The notes under the pieces are model-generated. The model worked only from the letters and a program-made list of their open reading frames with translations. It had not been told where the DNA came from and searched no databases. This document shows positions 1-12,100 of a stretch of DNA of 64,000 bases, piece by piece. A program made the position numbers and the translations under genes. Source of the stretch: a virus; the IMG/VR virus record IMGVR_UViG_3300042691_044733, positions 62,980-126,979 of that record. The stretch is one strand, 5' to 3'. How positions within the stretch are numbered: position 1 is the stretch's first letter; every line of letters begins with the position of its first letter.

Positions 1-1
1 G

Positions 2-844
2 TTGCTTACCTTCAGCAGTTTGACTTAATTCAAAGAAAAGATTTTCAAATAATACAGAATTTTGTAATTTAATACTTCTTACTAATGGATGTGCAAATTC
101 ATGGAATGCAATATCTTGTGTGATATTACTACCAACAAAATAAACTTTATCACCCACAAAAAATGCTTTTTCATTATTGTAGGTTTGTTTTCTTAATGAT
201 AAAACTTCTTTAGCTTGCTCTGGAGTTATAAATTCATACTCCACTCCAAATTTATTAGATAAAATACTTAAAAGGTTCTTTAAAAGACCATTTATTCCAG
301 CTGTATTATCTGCAAGTTCAGATGCTACATTAGAAGAATCTTCTATAAAAGAATATTGTTGATCATAATCTTCAAAGTCTCTGTAAAACAATACATCGTT
401 TGACATAATTTCAAATGGAGTATCTGTTGGTGTAGGCATAACTTCACCATCTACAATGTACTCATTTGCTTGTTTTTGTCTTAAAATATAATCTCTTTCA
501 GCTTGTTCTTTTAATACTTCTGATTCATGTTGCTTTATTAAATCCTCATCAAGTTCATTTAAGAGTTTGATCTGATTTGCAGAAGGTGCTATTTTAACAA
601 CTGTGTTTATACCTTCTATAGCAGTATAAGCAACATTACCAATTTTTTTAGGTCCATTGTTTATCTGTTTATTTATTTCTTGTGCTAATCTATACCCGTA
701 TCCTTTTGTTTGTTCACTTGTAAAGTTTCTATAAGGATTTTTTATAAATCTAATAACACTATCACTTCCATACTCAAACCAGGGTTTGTTGTTTAGAATT
801 TTTTCTATAGTGTTGTTTAATGTTCTATTGCAAAGTTGTCCCAT
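2..844 (-). CDS. N-terminal part of a giant virion cargo protein with a zincin-like HExxH motif (runs off the window)
   Basis: Not in the ORF track. ATG at 842-844, open to the window edge; translates MGQLCNRTLNN...DIAFHEFAHPLVRSI (HEFAH at 89-103). Starts 2 nt after the upstream gene's stop. Confidence 0.8.
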   Translation of the reverse strand, partial: MGQLCNRTLNNTIEKILNNKPWFEYGSDSVIRFIKNPYRNFTSEQTKGYGYRLAQEINKQINNGPKKIGNVAYTAIEGINTVVKIAPSANQIKLLNELDEDLIKQHESEVLKEQAERDYILRQKQANEYIVDGEVMPTPTDTPFEIMSNDVLFYRDFEDYDQQYSFIEDSSNVASELADNTAGINGLLKNLLSILSNKFGVEYEFITPEQAKEVLSLRKQTYNNEKAFFVGDKVYFVGSNITQDIAFHEFAHPLVRSIKLQNSVLFENLFFELSQTAEGKQ

Positions 845-846
845 AA

Positions 847-3111
847 TTATAATATACAACTAAAATCTTTTTGTTCTAAATCAGTTCTTATTCCTAAATC
901 ATCAGTATCTTCTTTCTGTTCTCCAAACTCATAAAGAGTTTTCATTTTAAAATCTCCAAATTTACTTTCATCATTTAAAATGGCTTGAAAAAAATCTTGA
1001 AATAATTCAATTCCAGTTCTAAGATCTTCAAAATTTTTACTATTTAAATTCTCTAAAACAGGAGTTCCAAAAAATTTCTCCATTATAGCATTAAAGAATT
1101 CTATAAGTTGTTCAATAATTGAAGAATGTTTTTTCTTTATACCTAATGTCTTTTCATATTTTTCTAAATGTTTTTGATATGCTTCTTTAAGTGCTGGTTC
1201 ATTTGCTACTAAAAAATCATACATTGGACGTAAGTAATCATGTTTTTCATCAACAATGAATATTTTATCTGGATCAAAATTAGGAGTTAATGTTAACATT
1301 ATTGTACCTACAAGATCAGGAAATATTTCAATTGTATCGTCTTGATTATAACCTCTAGAACCAACACCTTTAATTTGATAATTTTTAAAAGCATCAGTAG
1401 GATTAACAGCTAAATCTTTAATAAAATTATGAATATCAGCTCTTAATTTTGGATCATTTATATTTAAAGCATAATCAATACTATGACCTAATTCATGAGC
1501 AAACACATAATGAAAGTGATTTTTTCTCCCTCTCATTGTACTTTTAAAAGCTATCTCAAAAGGAGATTGCATTTCTTCATATGAAGCTAAATCTAAAGAT
1601 TCTAAAAAAGTGCTTGTAAGATATCTATGCAAACTATAAAGATTTGGATAGGTATCAAGAATATAATCTTCAATTTTAGAATGTGTTTCAACTAACAGTC
1701 TATTGAAATTTTCCATGTATTCTTTTGTAGGAAGTCCTTTTTTTTCTGTAGCATTATATATAAGAATTTCAATTAAATGACGTTTAACCATCATGAATGA
1801 ATCATCTTTTCTATAAACTTTATCAGTATTTTTATAGTAATGTTCTGCCATGTCAACTACAGAACTATTTAACTTTTTAATATCTTCTTTTGTTATTTCT
1901 AATTCTGGGTATGCTTTCATAAAATCATAAATAGCAACATTTAAAGACATGAATGAATTAGTTTGCTGAAGAAGTGAACCTTTTATTAATGATTTTATAG
2001 GATTTATTTTTTGAGCTGTTTTTCCGTCTCTAGAATTAATTTTATTACCATCTACTCTAAAAAATCCAGTAGCATCTTCAAGAATAATTAATCTTGCTAA
2101 GTGAGCATTTGGTAATTGTCTTAAAAGATTTAAAATAGCATCAAATTCTAAATCAGAATAATCTTTATGACTAAGTAAATTTTCTAAAAATGTTTTGATT
2201 AAATTATCCTTATCTTTTGGTTTATTCAATTTTTGAGCATCTTCTTTTAATTTATCAGCATAAGAATTAAAAAGATCTATTAAGTCTTGGTACTCATCAT
2301 CCGAAATATTTAAATTATCCTTTTTAAAAGTTTCGTTTTGAATTGTTGCATATAGAGATTTAATAGTATCAAGAGCACTTTTCATAAAAAAGCTGCTAAC
2401 TAATTTTTCAGAAACTATTCTTTCAGCAATCAGTATTCGTTGTTGTTTAAGTTTTTGGCGAACTAATTCTTTTTTTGATTTTTTATATTGTTCTTGTTTA
2501 ATTTTATTTTTTTCATCTCTTAATTCATGATAAGAAAGGATATCAATTTTAATTTTGAATATCATTTCTCCAGTGTCAATCCACATATATGTATTACCAT
2601 CTGATTCTTTTCTGATGATAGCCAGATTGGGTTTATCATTCAACAAAAATCCTTTTTCAGTTTCAGAAGGTAAACGTTTTCCTTGAGAAGATGTTACATA
2701 AGTTTCCCATTTTGTTTTTTCAGAATTAGTTAATACATAGGCATACCTGTCATTTATAAACTCTATCCCGAAATTAACTTTTAAAAAGTTTCTATATTTT
2801 TTAGACCTTGAGTTTGTTATAGTAGGATATGGATCTTTTTCGGCACCATATTCAAATAATTCTTCTACTCCTGGTTTTATTTGTGGTTGTGATTTTAATT
2901 CCTCCAAAGAGATATTAGTTTTGGAGAGCAAAGTGATATAAGTACTAGTTTCTAAATCTAATTTAGAAGGATAGTTATTCAACCCATTTCTAGATTGCCA
3001 CATTGCTATATCAGCAGCAAGAGATGAAATGTATGGTTCAGTAAAATTAGATCCATATAATTGTTTATATAGACTCTTGAAGTCTTTACTTGTTTTTAAT
3101 ACACAGTGCAT
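847..3111 (-). CDS. Virion cargo protein with zincin-like metallopeptidase motif
   Basis: ORF track 847..3120; ATG at 3111 (MHCVLK) fits better, 2 nt after the RNAP stop. FAHELGH motif at 1483-1497. Lies inside the cargo cluster. Confidence 0.65.
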   Translation of the reverse strand: MHCVLKTSKDFKSLYKQLYGSNFTEPYISSLAADIAMWQSRNGLNNYPSKLDLETSTYITLLSKTNISLEELKSQPQIKPGVEELFEYGAEKDPYPTITNSRSKKYRNFLKVNFGIEFINDRYAYVLTNSEKTKWETYVTSSQGKRLPSETEKGFLLNDKPNLAIIRKESDGNTYMWIDTGEMIFKIKIDILSYHELRDEKNKIKQEQYKKSKKELVRQKLKQQRILIAERIVSEKLVSSFFMKSALDTIKSLYATIQNETFKKDNLNISDDEYQDLIDLFNSYADKLKEDAQKLNKPKDKDNLIKTFLENLLSHKDYSDLEFDAILNLLRQLPNAHLARLIILEDATGFFRVDGNKINSRDGKTAQKINPIKSLIKGSLLQQTNSFMSLNVAIYDFMKAYPELEITKEDIKKLNSSVVDMAEHYYKNTDKVYRKDDSFMMVKRHLIEILIYNATEKKGLPTKEYMENFNRLLVETHSKIEDYILDTYPNLYSLHRYLTSTFLESLDLASYEEMQSPFEIAFKSTMRGRKNHFHYVFAHELGHSIDYALNINDPKLRADIHNFIKDLAVNPTDAFKNYQIKGVGSRGYNQDDTIEIFPDLVGTIMLTLTPNFDPDKIFIVDEKHDYLRPMYDFLVANEPALKEAYQKHLEKYEKTLGIKKKHSSIIEQLIEFFNAIMEKFFGTPVLENLNSKNFEDLRTGIELFQDFFQAILNDESKFGDFKMKTLYEFGEQKEDTDDLGIRTDLEQKDFSCIL

Positions 3112-3113
3112 AG

Positions 3114-6100
3114 TTAGCAATTTAAAATATTATCTTTTTTCTCCTGTGGAAAGCTATCCCAGATTTCTTGAGTGTACCCAATTTCTTTTAAGGTTTTACC
3201 TGAACGTACTTTTAGGTTATTTACATCATCAAAGATAGTGTTATTTACCTCACGATTTGTAGGAGTATCTTCTTTTTTTACAAGTTTTCCAAATTCACCT
3301 GAATTATAAAAATATGGATTAATAAACTGGAATTCTTCATACAGTCTTTTTGATAAGTACATGTAAGTTTTATACCCTGGGGCATCTGGAATTTTTGGTT
3401 GATTTAATAAACTCTCTGATCCAGTATAGCCAAGTAATGAGTTACCAACACCACGTTCATCAAATACTATGATTTTACCAACAGATTGTTCTTTTAATTT
3501 CATTATAGCATCCTCAATAAGTTTGATATTATCAGAGTAAGTTTCATCCGTCATTATATCTTCTATAGAGGAAACCAAAGCTCCTTTTTTAGTAGGTATC
3601 CCAAAAATATTTTCTGGGTTAATCATAGGCTTCTTAACCTCTTTATCCTTATTATTAATCTTTACAACTGTAACATCTATTGTTTCAGCTGCATTTCTTA
3701 AAACAGTGTTAGAGTAATTAGCACCCATGTAAGCAAGTTTATTTTTAGAACCTGGAATAAAATCATCATAAATGAACAATGCATTAGGTTGAGAAGCAAG
3801 AGTTATATTTACGTTGTCAATTAATGTTTTAATTGCAGGTGCAAATCTCTGTTTTGGTTGTGCTTTAACATTATCTGTTTTTGGAGTATAGAAGAATACT
3901 TTAGGTGAATAAACAGATCCATAAAAGAAACCTTTTGTTTTATCTTCTGCAAAATATTTTTTAATTCTTTTTCTTGCTTTGTTTACAATAGGTTGATCTG
4001 CATCTACATTCTCATTATTAGAAGCAACGGGTTCTTTATAAAGTTTAACAAAGAATGCTTTGTATTGATCTAAATATTTTTTAGATTCATTAGAACTGAG
4101 AATTCTTTCTGCTCTTCTTTTTATAGGTTCCATTAACATGTTCATTAAATCAGTATTAACAATTCTGTTAATTGCAAATGCCCCCATTCTATCTTGACCA
4201 GATTGATAAAATGCAAACATTGGAAACATATTAAATAACATACTTATTTTATCATTATCTATTTCATTCTCAACTTTCTTAACATTTGGATCTGCAAGTT
4301 TTATTAACTGTTCATGATAAATATTTGCTTTATCTGGAGTTAATTTATTTTCTGTAAATTTCAAATTTGTTATTGCTCCTGATCTAGAAGGTAATAATGT
4401 TTTAAGCAAGCTATATTCATCTGTTAATTCAGGATAATGAGAAATTACATCTACAACCTGATTTGCAAATCCTGTAGGACTATACATCATAGCAACAATA
4501 TTGAATTTACTTAATAATGCAAAGTCTCTAAGAAAATCTTCATAAAGATATCTTTCGGTACGTTTTTTAAATTCAGAGTCTGTTTCTCCTTTATTTTTTT
4601 CATACATTGAATCCAGCATTTTTACTTTCTTCTGATATTCTCTTGTTTCTTTAAACTTGGTAAAAGATATCTCAGAACGTAAAAATTCTCTTTCATAAAT
4701 GAATTTTACATACTCATTAAAGTTTCCTCTGAAAGGATCTAGGTTAATTTCAATAGGTGATAATCCTTTTGCTCTATAAGTTGGTTTACTATAGATCTGA
4801 TTTTTAAAATCTCTTTCAAGTCTTATTAAATCCACATATAGATTACCATCTTTTACAAATGCACCATTTTGTAATACAGTTTCGCTGATTACTTCTTTCT
4901 CTACAGGAGAATATTCTTTATTTGTAATTCTAAGTGACTTGTAAGGTTTTTTAGGATCAAATTCTATGTTATCAATGTATTCTTGGAAAGCATAAGATAA
5001 AAAGTCATTTCTTAATGCTTCTGCAAACTTTTCTTTTGTTTTCTCATCTGTACCAAAGAAAGCTCCAAATGTTTTAAGTGGATCCAATGACTCAACAGTT
5101 TCTTCAACAAACTCTACTAGTCTGGGATGGTTTCTAAGTTTAAAGAAATTACTCAAGAAATTAATTGCAAATCCTTGAACTTCAAAACTACCTATAGGAG
5201 AATTCAAATCAATACCTCTAACAATTTCATAAGGGAATCTTCTGTTATTAACAAGATCTATTTTCTTATCAAGTTTTTGTTTTGCTTCATACATGTTTGT
5301 TGATCTTGAAGTATCAAAGTTAGTATTCATTTTAATTTGAGTAACTGCTTTTGACATCTCTTCAATTTCAAGAAAATGTAAAAATACTTTTAAATCCTCT
5401 TCGGTCAGATTTCCATCAAACTCATCTAATCTTTTGTTGAGGTTCTCAAGTGTAAATACTTCTTTATCAAGTTCTTTATTTAAATTATTAGACAACAAGG
5501 TATTAAAAATTGTTCTACTTTGAGTATAGTTACTATCAAGTTTTTCAAGTCCTTTACCAAGTTGTTTTTGTACAATAGGATGAGATTTTAATACCATTGC
5601 TCTTGCTCTGGTTCTAAATTCTGTTCTTGGTATAACTCCAAGTCCAAGTGCTGGTGCAAATGTACTTTTGGTTAATTGCTGTTTTTTGAGATAATCTCTA
5701 ACCATTGGTTGGGATAATAAAGCAACTGCATGCTCTATAGGTACACCTGCTTGAAGCATAAACAACATAGAAGAGGTTAATTCTTTATTACCTTGAATAT
5801 CAAAGATCCACGCATCTTTAGCAACGTCAACCCAACCATTAATAAGCTGTCCTATTAAAGTTGAGATTTTGTTTTTCTTGTTTGTATCATAAAAATGAGA
5901 CAATGAAATATTACCATTTATTGTATTATGCGGTAGCAACATGGTTTGTTGTAAAGTATAATAACCAGATTTTTCTGTTCCTAGTGTAACTGTAGGTGAC
6001 ATGTAAGCACCAACCCTGTTAAATATTACGTTGTAGGTATTATCAACAGCACCTTGACCAAGAGTTGCTTTACCAACGTTATTTGAACTTTGTTTATATC

Positions 6101-9100
6101 TGTTATATCCTATTTCAAATATTCTTGTGCCTGCAATTACTTTTTTACTTCCTTGTTTATAAGCTTCTTTATTTCTAAAATTCTTATGTTGGTTGTATTC
6201 TCTATTGTACTTACCATACTTAGCAACGGAATCTTGTAACAAGAATGTTCCGTTTGGAGTAATTAATTCCAAGAAGTTAGTTGGTAATGATAAGATTTCT
6301 ACAATAGTATCTAATAAATTATTTTCAAGACCAGCTGCTGATCCAGAATCCATTTTAGATTGGATATCATCAATTTCTCTAACAATAGCCATATGTTCTT
6401 TTGCATAATCAAGTTTTCTCCAATTTGTTTCAGATATAACATTTTCAGTTAACTCAAATAATTGATTTTCAAGATGATACAAAGATTCATACAGATCATC
6501 AGTAACCTCTACATTAGAATCATTAACACTGTCAAGAATTTGATTTTTAAGAATTTTGATTTCTCTCTTCAATTCAGAAGCATCAAGTTTATAAAAATCA
6601 AAATCCTCATTGATCATAGTACGAATATCATCTTCGTACCTGTTTCTTACATTTTCAAGTTCTTGATATAAATTATTAAGTTGTGATCTTAATTCTTCTT
6701 TGTTTAAATTTTCATTCTCTTTAACATATTTAGTTTTTCTAACTCCTGTAATAGTCTTAGTAAGAGATGGAAAAATAAAATACATTTTATCAATATCAAA
6801 GTCAGAACCTGCTTTAGCAACAATCTCAGATGGAAGTACAACTATGTTACCTGCATTTTCAGGTAAGAATTCATAGACTTCAGCAAACTCCATAGAGTTT
6901 AATCCTTGTACAGGAATACGCACGCCACCAATTGTTATTAAATCTCTGTTTTCTTCAACCCATTCTGGATTACGTAATAAACTATTCAATGCCTCTAATC
7001 TTGTCATTGATCTGTATTTGCCATCTTCTGTAAGAGTTTTAATTTTTATCAAATCTTTTACAGCAGGATGATATAATAACTTTTTGAAATTACCTTGCAT
7101 TGCAATTTTTACTTTCATTGCTTTTGTTTTACCATCCTTTCCAGGATGATAAAAAGGTAATTCATTAGTACCATTGTAAAGCATTTGTTCTTCTTCAGTA
7201 GCTTTACGCATATTACCTTTTTCAAAACCTGCACCCGAAACCTGAATTAATGCTTCACCCCTTGTTTTTTGCCTAACAAGTCTTTTAAATACCATAGCAG
7301 TGAGTAGTCTTTCTATGTTCTCAGCATTAGGGTGAATACTTAAATCATTCTTTAATCCTCCTGTTACTGGATTGTAATCAATAAAATCAATTTCATGATC
7401 TGCAAGTTCTTGACGTGTAAGTTCTTTCTTAACAAAGTCAATAAAGTCTTTTGTAATTTTTGCATTACCTTCTTTATCATATGTTAAACCAGCTTCTTTC
7501 TCTAACTCACGTTTTTTGAAATCTGTTAAAATTCTAATCTGATTTTCATACTTAAGTGCTAAATCATAAAATGGAGTTGATTTATTCTCTTCTTTAGACC
7601 ATTCTGCATATCTCTCATCATTATCTGTAATGTGAGGTTTGTAATCAACAGGAACTCCATTCTCCATAAGTCCTTCTTCAATTAACTTTCTTAACTGAGT
7701 TGAGAATATAATTTTACCTTTGTAACTATCATGAGTTTCCAACTGATCTTTAAAGTATCTAAGGAATATTGAATTCTTGATAAAAGGTTCTGATTTTTCA
7801 AATGCTATCGATCCATCTGGATTATAAAACTTTTCTAATTTACCATTATTAGTGATAGTACTAACTTTACTTCCTGTTTGGAATAATGCATAATCTACTT
7901 TATTTTCCACAAGTTTATTATGAAGTTTTTCAAGAGTTGTTCCTTTTATTACATTAGGTACCAAAGGAAACAAACTGAACTTATGAAATCCAATTGCAGG
8001 TAAACCAACACTTGTTGCAAGTGGTCCCGCATATTGCATTTTCTTTACTGGAAAAAACTTTTTTATATCAATATGGTCGATATTTTCACCATTAATTATT
8101 TTGTGATATAGCTCATCTTGATAAGGACTCCATTTACCTAATGAAATTAACAAATCTCTATATGCATCAAAAGTTATCCAACCTTGAGCATCACCTTCTT
8201 TCATGTTAGAATATTCACCAAATATTGAAGCTGTATCTTTTTTAATTTCTTCTACTTCTTTTGCATTAGGTTCTTTACCAGTTCTTTCTTTAAATAATTT
8301 TTTTTGATTTTCAACAAATGCTTCTTCATAAATAGATCTGTAAATTGAGTTTCTTTTACTATCTGAAAAAACAACACTATCAAAAACATCACTAAAATCT
8401 TTTTTACTAGTTGGATTTCCAGTGTACCATTTACTTTGTGCATAGGTACCTTTAAAACCAGGTGTATTTAAAGCATGAATCATAGCATCATCAGTTCTAG
8501 GAATTGTCCCTGTTGCTGCAATACTAGAATTTCTTTTGTGGAATTCTTCTTTTAACATATTATATAAAGCAGGATCACCATAAAACATTGCTGTACTTTC
8601 ATATTTATGAACCCAGTCATTTACTACATAACCTGAGATTATACTATTGACAATGAATGAGTTAATGTCATCTATCTCACCTGATGCTTTAAGTTCTTCA
8701 AGATAAGAATAATTCATTTTCTTTCTGATTGAATGAACCAAGCTATTCATTAAAGCTTCATTTTGATAGAAACCCATTTTAACAAGATCTTCTTTATACT
8801 TATTGATTTGATCATTTAAGTACTCTTCAATCTCTTTTTGAATAGTTTCTCTCAAACTTGTATTTTCTTCTTTTTCAATTTCTCTTAAAAAATTTTCAGA
8901 TATATATTTATCAAGTAATTTTTGTTTAGTTTCTGGAGTTAGAATATCCTGAAAGATAATAAAATCATTACCTACGTTTTTATAAAGATTATCTCCTACT
9001 GTAACATCACCAGTTGGATCCCCATTATTGAGTCTATGAATTCTTTCAATCTCTGATGCAAGATACTTAACATATTGATTTACAACTGTATATGATAAGT

Positions 9101-12100
9101 ATGAAGGTTTAACAAATTCCTCAATTGGAAAATTATGATTTGAACCTTCTGTTACTATTCTATAGAGATACGTAGTTGCTTTATCAGAGTGACGTGTACC
9201 TTCAGACACACCATAGATAACCATAGTGTATAAATTCTGTAAAGTGTAACTGATCTCATCTGCTTCAGATGATGCAATACCTAAACCTGAGAACTCATCA
9301 TTTATAGTCAAGGAAATACCAGATGAATTTTTTAATTCAATTCTACTTTTAGGTACCCTCTTTCCATACCCTTTACCGAATAATCTTTCAACACTTCGAA
9401 GATTTTTAATAAAAGGATTTCTTTCAGGATTAAATAAAACCATAGGATCTAATCCATCAGGTCTTTTTTCTGAGATACTATTAAAATCTTGAGCTTTATT
9501 CACAGAATCAATCATTGTAGAGATTGTACTTCTAAGTGAATATTCATACTGAGGATCTCCTTTAGCATTACTAACCATAGCTCCACCATACTCATCTGAG
9601 TATCTATAAACAAGATCTAACAATTGTTTAAATGATGTGGCAAGGGTATTTCCTTTATAAGCATCATTAATAAGTTTGGAGATAGAAGTTACCTTAATTC
9701 CATTCTTTTCATAATGTTTTATTTTCTCCATTAATGCTGAAAGGAATCCTCCAAAGTTATTTCTTAAACCACTATTTATTGTAGGAACAAATGGTATGTC
9801 CATTCCTAATGCTCTAAGGAAATGTATTGGATCATATAAATAGGTTTCCTCAAAAGACATAATTATCTTATTAAGCATCAAGTAATTAGCATCTGTTCTT
9901 TTTGCTTTTTTACCAAGTTCCTTATGATCATCTTTTGCTTTCCTGATATATGGATTCATATTATCAGGTTGTTGAAAATTAGTTTCCCATATTTTTAAAA
10001 TACCAGATGATTCAAGTTTTGCATTACCAGGTTTGATTTCTAAACCTGAATATTTTCCTTTCTCATCCTGAAGTATATTCACTGTCAACTGAACCAGTGG
10101 AATTTTTTTGGATGCAATAACGTTAGCAAAGTTTGTCCATAAAGATAACTGACCTAGGTTTGTACCTGTAGAAAAATCTAAAAATACGGGACCAAGTTTC
10201 GAAAGCAATTGCATTAAAGAATTATCTTTAGTCTGTCTTGATAATGCAGTGATTGCTTCAACCTGATCTATAGGATTATAAATACCTTCTAAGTTTCTTT
10301 GAAGTTTATTCCACACTGTATCAAAGTCTACTAATTCAGGAAATCCTAATTCATTATAAACAAGTGACCCATCAGGTTTGTACTTAAACAATGTGCGTAT
10401 AGTGTAAAGAACTTCAGCACTTGCAAGTTCTTTCATTGCAATTTCATTACCTGATTTTTGAGCATATGAATCCTTATTTGTATTTTTCATTTGCTCTTCA
10501 GCGTCATCAATAGAGAAATTATCATCAAAGTTTACATACTTTGATCTCTGCATATGATATGCAATAGTTCCCTTACCCGATCTTAATGCTTCAAGTATAT
10601 CTTCTTTAGTTACTGTATTGTCTTCTCTAGCATGATTACCTGAGAAATTTATAATTGCAGTTTCTAAAATATGTTTTCTTTTTAAAAGTTTGTTCCTGTC
10701 AATTCTTTTTGGTGAGTCATCATCTAGCGCAGAATAAATATTTGCTAAAGCTTCTGTAAGTTTTAAATAAACAGCATCATATAATTGAGCTTTATATTCT
10801 ATATCACCAAGCAATAATGTAGTATATCTTTCAGTACTGTTTTCTAAGTTTTTCTCATCAATAATCTGAGATATAATAGCATCAATACTATCAATAACTA
10901 ATTTAGCTTCTGCATAATCTAAGCTTACTTCCTCCTCTTCACTTAATGGACGTATTTTATTAAGAACACCAAAATCTGATTTATTTACATCAAAATTTCT
11001 ATTTCCTAAATTTCCAATTGAGAGTTGTTCAAATAAAGTTTTTACTGTAGAGCTAACATAACTATTAGACATAACATCTTCTATAGATGCACTACTAAAT
11101 AAAATCTGAAGTATCTCAAATATTTTTTGAAATATTGTTTTTCTTTTTGGGGCTTCACCCTTAAACTTCTGACCATTGAGCATAAAAGTTCTAAACTCTT
11201 CTGCTAAGAATTCTTCAACTTCAAGATCAGTAGCATCTTTAAATGTAATAATTTTACCTAAGTGAGTTGTAAATGTTCCTTTAGTGTTACGTACTTCATT
11301 GTACAAATCTGCTTTCTCTTTCTTAGATAAGAAATAACCTGTAAATACGTGCCACGCTTCATGGTATAAATCCGAATAATCAGAACCATTAAATAAAGTA
11401 ATACCTGCAAAACTTGCAGTTGCCGCAGCATTAGGGTTCTCACTATTAACAAGATCAAAGAACTCCTCAAATCCAACATATTTACTTAATGGATGATTAA
11501 GATACCATGCTTTTGCTTTAGCAATCTGCTCTTCTGTTGCTTTTACATCAGACTCTTTTTGATACTTGAGTTTGTTTTTAGGTTTACCAATATTCTTAAT
11601 ATCTACTTTTCTACCTACATTAACATTTACTCTTTTATCTTCAGTAGTTCTTGAACCTGGAGTTTTAGGTTTTGGTACAACAACTGGTTCATTCTCATCA
11701 ACTTGCTTAAACTTGATAGACTGAACATATTGTTTTTGCTCTTCAGGAATTTCTTTAAAAATCAAGTACCCATTAACTTCTTTAAAAGTACCATCCTCTA
11801 AAGGAATCATACTGGTCCAAGTATGATTTTGTAAGAATTTTCTATACTGCTGTGCAGATAGCATTCTAGGTTTTACTATAAGTTTGTCATTAACTCTTTC
11901 AAAATAAGGTACACCATTAGCGTGTTCTGATGCTTTCAGAATATTATAAGCGTGTTTCTTGATAATACCTTTATCAGTATATGTAGTTAATGCTTGTTTT
12001 ACTATTTGTTTGGCTTGTTCTTTTTCCTCATCTGTCATTTTATCATAAGATGAGAACGTATATGAATTTTTTTCAGTAGTAATAATTAAAGTACGTACCC

